The notes beneath the pieces are model-generated. The model saw nothing but the letters and a program-made list of their open reading frames with translations. It was not told the origin of the DNA and did not search any database. From Marsupella aquatica (taxonomy: Eukaryota > Plantae > Marchantiophyta), in NCBI GenBank assembly GCA_973895155.1, contig OZ316896.1, forward strand, positions 13,000,549-13,064,548: a stretch of DNA of 64,000 nt, in the 5' to 3' direction. A program made the position numbers and the translations under genes. This document shows, one piece after another, positions 53,184 through 64,000 of this stretch. Position 1 is the first letter of the stretch; each line of letters begins with the position of its first letter.

Positions 53184-53343
53184 CTGGTTGTCATACACCT
53201 CCATCATACAAGGGTAAACGTGATACTGGGGTACTTGCTTAGGGTAACCCTGTCATAGTCACCCACACAATCCGGAAATCAATTGCCAGGCAGGCTGATT
53301 CAAAGGACAGTCGGACTTAATCAGGTCACGGCTACTAAAAACC

Positions 53344-54431
53344 ATGAACGCAGACAGCAGTGACGACAAGTCTTGCTCCTTGATTACCTTAAGATCACTG
53401 GAACTATGGATCTGTTCTATCGGCACCCATCTTATTTCCCGTCAATCACTATACGAGAACATTCTGATTTGCTTGATCACTTACCGTGAGTGGTGTGGGT
53501 TTATTGAGATTGTGTATAGAGAGGGGTTAGTGTTGGCCGAGGCTGAAGTGCCTAAGAAGTGGAAGACGGAACTCGACATTCAAGAGCACTTGGTCGGATT
53601 CACTTACGGGGACTGTGTCGAGATAGAAGGAGTGCCGCCTCTCAAAGGTCGGTTAATCATTTAAACGAGATTACTGAGGAGAAGGTAGTTAAACAACCAT
53701 TAATCGCAAGGTCGAAGTTGGCATTTAACATTTTTGGCGACCATACTGGGGAACGCCTCGTTGAGGGTTCCGAAAGAGGAGCAACTGCTACGACCAGCAG
53801 TCCGAACCAAGAGAGAAACGCGCAAATCTAGAAAGGCGAACGGGTGACATGAACTCGCCGAAGGAGTTCTGGACAATGTTCTATTTTGAGAAGGATGCCG
53901 AAGCAGCAATCATAGCAACACTGAACGAGAAAGAGCACTCGATACTAGCCAGCGGGAGAAGTAGGGCACGAGAAGGCGATGTTATGATAATTGCTTACAC
54001 CATGCCCACACACACAGAGTTGGTACTTCGAGAAGCGCATGGAGGAACCTGGAACGTGAGGAGGCGAGCAATTCATTTGCAATCCTCTGTTCGGAGCAGC
54101 GTTTACAACAGCGACCATGCCACCAAGTGATCGATTACCTCAAGGCTACACGCAGTACCGCCTACCCAAGAGAAAGGAGGACCTTAGAAAACTCTTAGAA
54201 TGGTGTCATTGGAATCGAAATGAGTACCCAATTGCGATAGCATTCCAGATAAGCAGAATCGCTAGGAAATTAAGTTCTAAACTAGAGGAAACCGCAGGAG
54301 CTTGCCCAAGATGTATGATGTGGAGTCAACATGACAGTTTTGAGTTTTCTATGTTAAACCATTTATTAACGATGTGCTTTAACGAGGAACTCATGGCTCC
54401 AGAAGCTTGCACTCCTAGTTTAAGCGAATAG
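53344..54431 (+). other. Cluster of small same-strand ORFs in the gypsy 5' leader
   Basis: 53344-53664/53559-53831 (possibly one frameshifted ORF), 53849-54130 and 54117-54431 (CPRC...H...C), tightly packed or overlapping. Confidence 0.4.
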
Positions 54432-54653
54432 GAGTCATTTCGCAGAGGGCATAGCCGCAGTTGAGCAAAGGAGAGAGAGGAACTGATTAACAAAAGTTAT
54501 AGCATTAGTCAAGTAAAGGAGACAGTAGAAGGTCTCCGTTTTTGTGAAAAGTAACGAGTAATAAGATCTTGACATCACCCTTGTAAAGAAAGACCTGATC
54601 GTTGAGTATATAGCTTGAAGGCAGAGAAAAGGCTTTGCTAACCCAGAAGATAA

Positions 54654-55724
54654 ATGGGCAAGACGCCCATCAATCCCAACGAAGGGGAAATGGCAGAGGA
54701 GTTCGAACCTTTCCAAGGAAGCAGACTCAGACTTGAGGTCGAAGAACGAATCGAGACTTCAAGGGCTCAAGATAAGGTCGAAGAACCCCTGGAAGAAGCC
54801 ATGGAACGACTTAAAACCCACCAAGGAGCTGGCATTAGTTCTAGATCGGCTCCTACCAGAAGGGTTAAAATACCCATGTTCAAGGGAGCACCTGATGAAG
54901 ATGCCGATACCCACTTAGCACGTTTCGAAGAAATGCTCAGAGCTAACCACGAACAGAATGACACAGCCTGATTAGAGCTGTTTCCCAGCTCACTGGACAA
55001 GGAGGCTTTTGTATGGTACACTCAATACCCAGCTGACCATTTCAAAACTTGGCTTGAGTTTTCAAAAGAATTCTTAGATCATTACAGAAGGGCTAAGGAA
55101 GAATCTGATTTGTATAGCATTCTGCAAAACATGACTCAGAAGAAAGAAGAACCAGTACAGAATTATATTGGACGGTTAAAGGTAACAATGAGGCGATTAA
55201 CTAACAAACCATCCGATGGGCAACGAATTAGCTGGATGAGAAAGGCTGTGAAGGGAAGTCTAGTCACAGTGGTAGAACAAAATCCCACTTCTAATGCTGA
55301 CGAATACGAGAAAAGATTAATACGTCTAGAAGGCATTACTCAAATGCTTAACCAGGAAAAGAACGAGAGCAGTAAGGATGAAGAGAGGGTTAACCGGAAA
55401 ACAGAACCTTCTAAGGTAGAAGTCAAGGAAAACCGAGAGCAAGGCGAGCTGAGTACTCGTAAATTCTGTGAAATACATATGAGGCCTGGACATACTACTC
55501 AGGAATGCAACCAGAATCCTTTTAAAAAGAAACCTAGCCTAGGTGTAAATCAGGTAGGAACAAGCAAACAAGATGGGGATAGGATGGAGAGTAGTTAGGG
55601 ATATTACAATCCGGATCGTAATGCAAACCGAAGGCCCTATAAGGATGGTGGTACTAAATACCCACCGATTTGCTATTACTGTCGACTAACTGGCCACATC
55701 AGGGGGCCCGATTGTGAATTATGG
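54654..55724 (+). pseudogene. Gypsy gag
   Basis: KIPMFKG..DADTHLARFE, LFPSSL..EAFVWY, QKKEEPVQNY, CEIH..GHTTQEC, CYYCRLTGHIRGPDC. In-frame stops at 54969 and 55596. Confidence 0.85.
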
Positions 55725-58700
55725 ATGAAGGACATGAAAGAAAAAGAAGAAATAGCGGGGAAAGCCCCAGCACCTGTGAATACTGTGCAGGTGTCAACAT
55801 ACGTGGTGACAAGATCTCAAGGGCAGCCAGAGAACTCAACCCAAACCAATTCCCCGGAGACGGAGGGGGGATTCGATTGGAGCCAAATGGATGCAACCAC
55901 CCGAGAAATGGCGGATGAAATTCGCCACAAACAGCGGAACGAGACTTTGCCACGACCTGAACGATTAATGCGTTCAGAACCTTACGCAGAGACAAATACG
56001 GAAATTCTAGAGGAGGGAGTGACTATGGGGGGATTCGATCAAGAAACGGGACAACTTCCACGAGACAAAGAACCACCGAATAACCCTGCCGAAGCGAACC
56101 AGCGAATAGTGGATAAGCTAGTGCAACTCATCGTGAAGACCCGAGTCGACATCACTGTCGAAGAACTGTTCCAGTTAGCACCACAGTGCAAGGAAGCAGT
56201 AATGAGACGGTTGGGGGGCAGAATTAGTCCTACCACATTACCCGGAGTACCACTATACCAAGCTGGGAAGATTCCCCTAATCGACAAAGGAGCCGTAGTA
56301 CAGATCAGCGTAAGGGGCATCAAACTAAAGAACGTATTGCTGGATGGAGGGTCAGCCGTAAACCTCATGAGTGAGCAAACCTACAGACTTCTAGGCAGAG
56401 TCAAACTCTTACCAGCCCCTTTTAATTTAATAATGGCCGATCAAAGCAGTTGTCACCCACTGGGTTACGTGCCAAACTTACCAATGCTGATTTCAGGCAT
56501 CAAGTACAATTTAGGAGTGGTAGTTTTGAGAGAAGCAGATTCCACCCGAGGACAACCCATGTTGTTAGGACGACCTTGGCTAAGACAGGCCAAAGTAAAA
56601 CAACACTGGGGGGAAGAGAAGGATTATATAAAAATAGAACACGGAGGAGAGACTTTCAAGATCAGAACCAAGGCTATCGAGGATGGTGTACCACCTATGG
56701 CCAGAGTCTGTACCTTGAACTGGGCAGAGGGGTTGAATGAGGATGAAGAAGAGACCTATTTAAAATGCCGTCCAGACTTAGTCCCAATTTCAGATATGGA
56801 AATAGTCAAGCTCGACGAGATGCAAGGAATGACCAAAGAAAAAATGGATCATGATCTACGAAACGATCTGTTTAAACACATAGACCCGCAAGGCATTCAG
56901 GAGTGCTCATTAAAGGAGGAAGAAGCACAGACCACCTTGCAGGATCTAGCAGAGAAGGTGGTGGGATGGAGTGCCACCGAGGAAGAGCACATTCAGAAGG
57001 TCGATTTGAGTGACATTGAACGACCACGAGAAGTAAAGATAGGGAAACACCTTTCCCCCGAGCTCAAAGAGGAACTTGTTACCCTACTCGCCGAATTCCG
57101 AGATGTTTTTGCCTGGGATTACACGGAGTTAAAGGGAGTTCCAGAGTCAATTGGCGTACATCGAATCCGACTCGTACCAGGATCAGTACCGGTGCAGACA
57201 CAACGATATAGGATGAACCCCAACTATGCGGAAAAGGTAAAAGAAGAAATCCAAAGGCTCCTTGATGCCAAATTCATTGAACCTGTTAAGCGTTATACGT
57301 GGCTATCCCCGATAGTCGTAGTACCTAAGAAAAATGGGAAGTTAAGAGTCTGCATTGATTTCAGAAAATTAAACGCAGCGACCATAAAAGACCCTTTTCC
57401 GGTACCCTTTCTAGAAGCAGTTCTGGATGTGGTAGCAGGAAAGTCAGCTTATTCATTTTTAGATGGGTACAGCGGGTACAGTCAGGTCCGGTTAGCAACA
57501 GAAGCAAGGGAGCTGACTACTTTCATTACGGAATGGGGCGCCTTCCAGTGTCTCCTATTACCCTTTGGATTATGCAATGGGCCTAGTACATTCCAGCGAT
57601 TAATGATGATGTTATTTCATGAGTATTTGAATCAGTTTATGCAAATCTTCCTAGATGACTTCACCATATACGGAGAGGAAGAGCAACATATAGGTCATCT
57701 CAGATTATGCCTCTTAAGATGTAGGGAAGGGGGAGTCAGCCTGAACCCTGATAAGTGCACCTTCTTTGTACCATCGGGCAAGATATTAGGACACATAGTT
57801 TGTAAACAAGGCTTGTTAGTAGACCCAGATAAGATAAAAATCATTAAAGAGATGCCAGTCCCCAATAGTGCAACTCAAGTCAGAAGGTTCCTGGGAAGTG
57901 GAGGTTTCTATCATCGTTACATCAAGAGTTACTCCCAAATCAGTGCCCCGTTGGCACGATTAACGGGTAACCATCAAACGTTCACTTGGGACGACGACTA
58001 TCAGAAAGCGTTTGAAGAAATCAAGGACCGGTTGTGCCATGCACCCATACTCAAGGAGCCAGATTGGAAGAGGGAGTTCCATCTACATACAAATGCTTCT
58101 CTGGTGGCGGTGGGGGCAGTGTTAGCACAGAAGGGAGAACAAGGTATCGATTTACTAGTATACTATGCCAGTAGACTGTTAAACGTGCATGAAAGGAACT
58201 ACACCACGACTGAGAGGGAAGCATTAGCCATGATATTTGCAGTAAAGAAATTTAGGCATTATTTACTTGGGAATCGATTCATATTCTATGTAGATCATAA
58301 TGCCTTGGTCAACTTAGTAAACAAACCACAGCTGTCGGGCCGAATTGCAAGATGGATTTTGTTATTAGCTGAGTTTGATTACACCATCATTTATAAACCC
58401 GGGAAAACCCATGTCATACCCGATTATTTGAGTAGACTCGAATCAGGAGAGACAGGCAAGGAAGAAGACGATCAATTACCGGATATGGAGCTATTTCAAG
58501 ATGCCAAGGAAAGGCATCATGTAAATCTAGTGACCTTGGATGACGAACCAGCATTAGAAAGGTATTTACGCACAGCGGTATTCCCCGAGGGGTTGTCCAG
58601 TAAGGAAAGGAAGGTCTACGCCTATAAGGCAAGACCCTACACCTTGATCAACCACGTGCTTTATTACCAGGGGCCCGATGACATACTACGTAGAGTAGTT

Positions 58701-59789
58701 CCGGAGGAAGAACGGCCAGAAGCCTTAATTGCAGCACATGAAGGACTAGGAGGGGGACATTTCGGCACCGAGATCACCCTGAGGAAGATTCTTCAGCAAG
58801 GATGTTGGTGGGCAACTGTCCATAAAGACACTCGGGAGTTTGAAAAAACGTGCGACCTGTGTCAGCGTACAAGACCTATAAAGGAAAACATGGAGTTCAG
58901 GCCTATAATCGCCCCTTATATTTTTCAGAAATGGGGACTAGATTTCATAGGACCCATCACTCCATCTTCCAGATATAGTCAGAACCAGTATATTTTAGCA
59001 GCAACAGAGTATACCACAAAATGGGTGGAAGCAGTCGCAACTCGGGAGAACACTGCCCGAGTAACAGCCAAGTTCTTGTACCAGAACATCATCACGAGAT
59101 ACGGATTACCAGGTGAGCTAGTGAGCAATCAAGGTTCACATTTTCTGAACAAGGTTATCCAGGAACTGACGGATAATTACCATATAAGCCATCGGTTTTC
59201 GACTCCCTATTACCCTCAGTGTAACGGGCAAGCGGAGTCAACAAAGAAAGTCTTACTCAACGTTTTACGGAAAGTGGTTAACGAACAGCAAAACGATTGG
59301 GACGTTCAGCTGCCGGCGGCAGTATGGGCATTCCGCACGGCATATAAGGTAACCACGGGCCACACCCCTTTTCAATTAATGTTTGGAGTTGAGGCCCGTA
59401 TACCGACGGACTACGAATTACCTAGTTTGCAAATCGCAGCGGGATACGATATAAATCAGAACCCGTGTTTAACTAGACGGTTAAAAGCACTATTGAAGGT
59501 TACCAAAACCCGGAGAAGGGCCGAAGAATGATTAGAGTATGTACAAGGACAACGCAAGCGACGAATAGACGATCAACGGGAGGTAACCACGTTCACGGAA
59601 GGGGAATTAGTACTGTGGTGCCGAAAGCGGGCATGAATAAAAAAAGGAAAGTTGAGACTTAAATGGGAAGGACCCTTTACCGTCCTCAAGGCGTGGGGAA
59701 ACGGAACCTTCAAAATTACCAGCCAGGATGGGAGCGAGCAACAGCAGGTGAACGGGAATAAGATGAAGTAGTACCACGTAAGGAACGAC
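55725..59789 (+). pseudogene. Gypsy pol: protease, RT, RNase H, integrase with GPY/F
   Basis: LLDGGSAVN, CIDFRKLN, FLDDF, WGLDFIGP, KWEGPF. RNase H HTNAS and integrase VSNQG have lost catalytic Asp residues; three stops between 59529 and 59772. Confidence 0.95.
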
Positions 59790-62700
59790 GTGTACTTACG
59801 AGAAGTAGAGGATACGGTTAACGACTACCCAAGGGAAAGCAAAGTTGGCAACGACTCCGATACGGTACCGGCGCTCAACGAGGACGACGACAGCTATCAA
59901 TTGCCGACAGCACCACCTAACGAGAATCAAGCGGATGGAGAAGGGTACGAGCTACCCACTAGAATGGTAGCCTGTATCGGCATGACCCCCGATCAAGCAT
60001 CTACGGAAGCCACCGGAGGGGCACTCACCGCCAAGAACAAGGAACGACCCTTAGCACACGCAAAGAAGCTAGTCGCGACCACCACACGTGACACACTACG
60101 ACGAGAAGAAAGCACCAATGAACAAGGACGAGAACTAACGATCAAGGGGTACCCGTTAGAGGATTACGTGAACGGAACCATTCCATCAAACGAACCAACG
60201 GAATCAGGTCAAATCAAGTCAGTGGTTCTAGCGGAGGAGGACCTATCTGAAATCTTTCAAATCCATGATTGGAAGCACAAATTACCCAAAGGCCAGGAAG
60301 AGAGGAGGAGAAGGTTTCCTTATAGAGTAGTAATTGTAGGATGTACACACGGACCCTTTTCCACATGGATTGCAGATCGGATTTTGATAGGACCCAACTC
60401 GATACCCTGTATTGAGGACTACTCCACGGGAAAATTACATGTTATACTAGAAGTTCAGGATACACTAGAATCCAAAGGGCGAGCACCATCATCCGCCAAA
60501 GAACTGTTAAACCAAAAACCCTATTTCCGACTGGCAAGGAGATTACGAGAGAACCCCGAGTGGAGTGGCTATCAGCGCGAGGTGAAATTCGAATGGTCGA
60601 GGGTCGGTAATAGGCATTACACATTACCGATGGGCATGAAGACTTTGAAGCTGAAACGATCAAACGAGTTTGAGGACGATAAACCGAGGAAGCGCGTTAC
60701 TATCAGCGAACTACTCGAAACCCCGGCGATGGAGGAGACACCAGCCCCCACGCACACAGAAGGAGAAGGGCCGACAACAGCAGAGGGCATGGAGCTGGAA
60801 GTTTCTGAGTCAGCGGAAAGGGAAAGTAGCAACCCCAAAGATGATCAAGAGATCGTGAGTCAGGGACCTTCAGCGGCTGACCATCTCTCGGAAACTACAG
60901 CCAAAAGGGAAGGGCAGGGGCCCGCCGAGGAGCCAACCCTAGAGACACAAACCAAATCAGTAATCAAGGCACCAACGGAGCAAGCGGCCGAGCAGACAGA
61001 AGAACAACAGGGAAACTAGCTGAACGAACTTCAACGAGAAGGGAGACGGAAGCTGACCATGGGAAAATTATTAGCCAACCTGGATCCCACGGAAGCGATC
61101 ACAGCGGTCACCACAGCGATAATGGAGGAAACGACCCCTTCTAGGACCAAGAGGAACCGCAAGGGGACAGCCAAAATGATTAAACTTGAGCCGCCAACGA
61201 TGAGGGAGGTGCGATCCGTAAGGGGAAAGAGCAAAATAGTCGAATACGAGGAGGAAGAACCGGAAGAATCCGACAGTGAAGAAGAAGAAGAACTAGTAGA
61301 AGAAGCAAAAAGTAGGACCGGGAAGGCGACGCGCGCCGCAAAGGCGAGTCCAGGGGAAACAAGTCATGTTTTGAAATTTGAGAGAATGGGGCCACAGATA
61401 TTGCAAACTATGCACGGACAAGCACACAGGAAATTTCTACAGACACAAGGATTGGAGAAATTTGTGAAACTAAAGTGGAATCAAACCACGAAGCTACAAG
61501 CAGAGGACTACAGCGAGTTCATCACCACGTGGAAACCCACCAAAAATCAGGGAATATGTAGGGGCCAAGTCATTAAGACGAATCCTCGGAAGCTTCAGGA
61601 GCTTTTCAAACTGCCAAAGCAAGGAGCGGAGATCAAGAAACGGATGGGGAAAACTTGGCAACCTGCCACATTTCCACAACACAAGGACGTAGACGACAAC
61701 AGGGGCTATCCGACCAAGCATTGCACGAATGAGAAAATCAAGGAAAGGCTCAAATTTGTAACCCATGCATTACATTGGAAGAGGCCCAGATCAGAATATC
61801 CTCGATTTATGATTAAAATTGTAGAGGAGGGAGACGGGAAGCAAAAGGATTGGTCGGCCTTTTTCCATGAAGGGTTTCATGCAGCCATCAAGCGAGCTAA
61901 ACGATTAATCAGCAGTAAAAGCAACCTGCCAGTAGAGATCGAGTCGCATCTCCAAGTGCTAATCGAGAGTCAGCTTACAGGGGAAGACGGGGGAAAAATG
62001 GAATCAACAGCTACCATTTACCAACCAATGAGGAGTGAGGGAGCCAAGAAGCAGAAGGGCACCCTGCCAGAAGAGGAAAGCAGCCAACAAAGAGCAAGAG
62101 GGGGACGCATCACCAGTGCGCACCACCAGAAGGAAAGAAACCAATCCAACACCGACCAAGAAGGAGTCAGAATCAGAGGGTCAGGAACCAGCGGAGGAAG
62201 ACAAAATACGAGCAGAAACCAAGGCTTATAGGACAGCGCCCATTAATGACGACGACCTCAAGTACGCCCTCTCAACCGTAAAAGAAGGTGATGAACAACA
62301 ATTCCGGGAGAAGCTGGGGATTGAAGTATTGAAAGAGAAGATCAGCACAGTGCAAAAAGATAGCATCTTTACAGTCATGATCGGACAAATCGCCAGTCAA
62401 TTAGCCATTTATCAGGGAATAACGAGTTCGCTAGTACACTTGGAGTGGAACAAGCGAGAAGAAGAAATCGCCGAGGACTTAGCCGGGAAGGAGGAGGCAG
62501 ATAAATGGGCAGTGGAGGCCGAGGAGACCATCAAGGAGTTACTAAATCGTAACAAAGAGCTAATAGCAGATAAGGATCAACTGACAACCATAGGAAGAGG
62601 CTGGAGGCATGAGGAGGCAGCCACGCAGGAATTGGCTGATTACCTAGGAATGGAAGGGTTACATCCAGGGGGACTAACGACAAATTACCAGGAGGTTGTC

Positions 62701-63303
62701 ACGGCCATCGGAGCAGCCATAGCCACAGTCAAAGCAGATAGCCAAAAGATCAATTCACAGCTAAGGGAGGATAACAAGAAACTCAAAGAAATAGAAGAAT
62801 TGCAATCGCAACTCAAGGATGAAGCAGCAAAGCAACGCAGAACAGCCGGGGAATGGGCAGTGGAACGCCAGAGGGTGGAGGAATTGAAGAAAAAGCTCCA
62901 GGGTCTGGAAACCCAACTCCAGCAAACCACCGCAGTCAAAGGGGACCCCACGGAGGATCTGAACAAACAAGCCCTACTGGAGGAGCAACTGGGGAAGCTC
63001 GAACGAAAACACTATGAAGTATCGGAGAGTTGGAGAATCACAGAAGACGACTATAAGCGGAAAATTGCTGAGTTAGAAGCCACTGTGAAGCTACAGGGCA
63101 CTGGAGAGGAGAGTATCACTGAACAGACCAAGGAACTCGAGCAGTTGAGGGCAGAGAACGATCAGCTTTCGCAAGAACTGGAAGATAAGGAACGATCAAT
63201 TTTGGATTTAAAATCCGAAGTGAGGAAGCTGAAGGCACAGAGTAGAGTTCCGATAACTCCAACCAGGACGACCAATGTTAGCGAGGGTAGGGGAGTGAAG
63301 TAG
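59790..63303 (+). pseudogene. Gypsy 3' accessory region: unknown domain, PF20167/PMD-like domain, long coiled coil
   Basis: 59790-61019 and 61059-62231 are in the pol frame, separated by one TAG. A frameshift leads to 62035-63303. The 61400-61980 segment is homologous to the insert A/B proteins. Confidence 0.75.
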
Positions 63304-63367
63304 AACGGTGACGACTTGTCCCCAACGTGTACCAAGCATAACGGATATCGAGGACGAATCCGTAGGT

Positions 63368-63380
63368 AAGCAAAGGAGAA
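63368..63380 (+). promoter_or_regulatory. Polypurine tract
   Basis: aagcaaaggagaa directly before the TGT of the 3' LTR. Confidence 0.6.
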
Positions 63381-64000
63381 TGTAAACGATAAAAATTACA
63401 CCGGCGATATTATAGTTTTTTTTAGGTTTAGAAGTGTCAACTAGAGGTCAACCAAGAGTATTTAGGAAGTAGTAAGCAAGGACCAGCGGTTATTCATTTT
63501 GTTGAGATGACAGAAAGGCTGGAAGTAGGGGAGGCGACGATCATCTCGATTAATGGTCGTGTAGGAGTCGAGTTCTGCTATGAAGGCTGCGATGGCCTAC
63601 TAGCAGATGGCAGAGTATGTGCCTTAGGCACAAGAGCTTGACAGAAAAGGCAAGGGGGGGCGGATATAGGAACCCCCGTTAGCAGGAATCGGTTAGCTCA
63701 TGAGTGTAAGTCGCTAGGCGAAGGAGTGCCTATGTTCATGTTCACTATTCGGATCAAAGAAGAAAGCTGTCGTGTATGGGATGCGGCGGGGCAACAATTG
63801 TTTGGAATGAAGGGCGAAGAGTTCCGCCAACGATTCACCACCGGCGAGGCCATCAAAGAACTCTGTAGAAAGGTCATGCGGAAGAAATGGAATCTGCTGC
63901 TAAGACGGGATAACAGCCACGATCAGCGGATTACGTGGCGATTAATCACCGCCGAACAAGTAATTGTGGCCGGCAAACCGAGCAACCCCAAGGAAGATGA
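63381..64000 (+). repeat. Gypsy 3' LTR (runs off the window)
   Basis: Near-identical to 51865-52484. Confidence 0.95.

Larger units (their letters stand above)
51865..64000 (+). mobile_element. Ty3/gypsy (non-chromovirus) LTR retrotransposon with multiple accessory ORFs
   Basis: Paired LTRs, gag-PR-RT-RH-IN order and a polypurine tract before the 3' LTR. Confidence 0.95.

Noticed and set aside
61059-63303. Envelope (env) gene
   Set aside because: No signal peptide or transmembrane segment; the sequence is hydrophilic and coiled-coil.

Overview
Eukaryotic, plant-like DNA, probably from a non-seed land plant (inferred from the TE families, not proven). The left ~19 kb holds two intronless, fungal-looking MDR enoyl-reductase/CipB-like paralogs (2176-3186, 17893-18906), a degenerate CRE-type non-LTR retrotransposon (RT + restriction-like endonuclease) and small poly(A)-tailed retroposons. 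From 19130 to the end is one nested TE stack. A Ty1/copia element is interrupted by insert A and then by CACTA-1. CACTA-1 carries a ~570-bp satellite and an EDM2-like PHD cassette and is interrupted by insert B and by CACTA-2. CACTA-2 carries a SET-domain remnant and is followed, probably interrupted, by a ~12-kb+ Ty3/gypsy element. Main findings: (i) A and B are related 3.8-4.0-kb units with TGT...ACA ends and perfect 5-bp TSDs but no paired LTRs and no gag/pol; each carries one large gene, consistent with gene-bearing giant solo-LTRs. (ii) The core domain of that gene also appears in frame downstream of integrase in the gypsy polyprotein. (iii) The gypsy LTR hides a 168-codon RPA1-DBD-C-like OB-fold ORF that the ORF track misses. 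(iv) Both CACTA elements carry chromatin reader/writer modules. All homology calls were made by eye from motifs; no searches were run.
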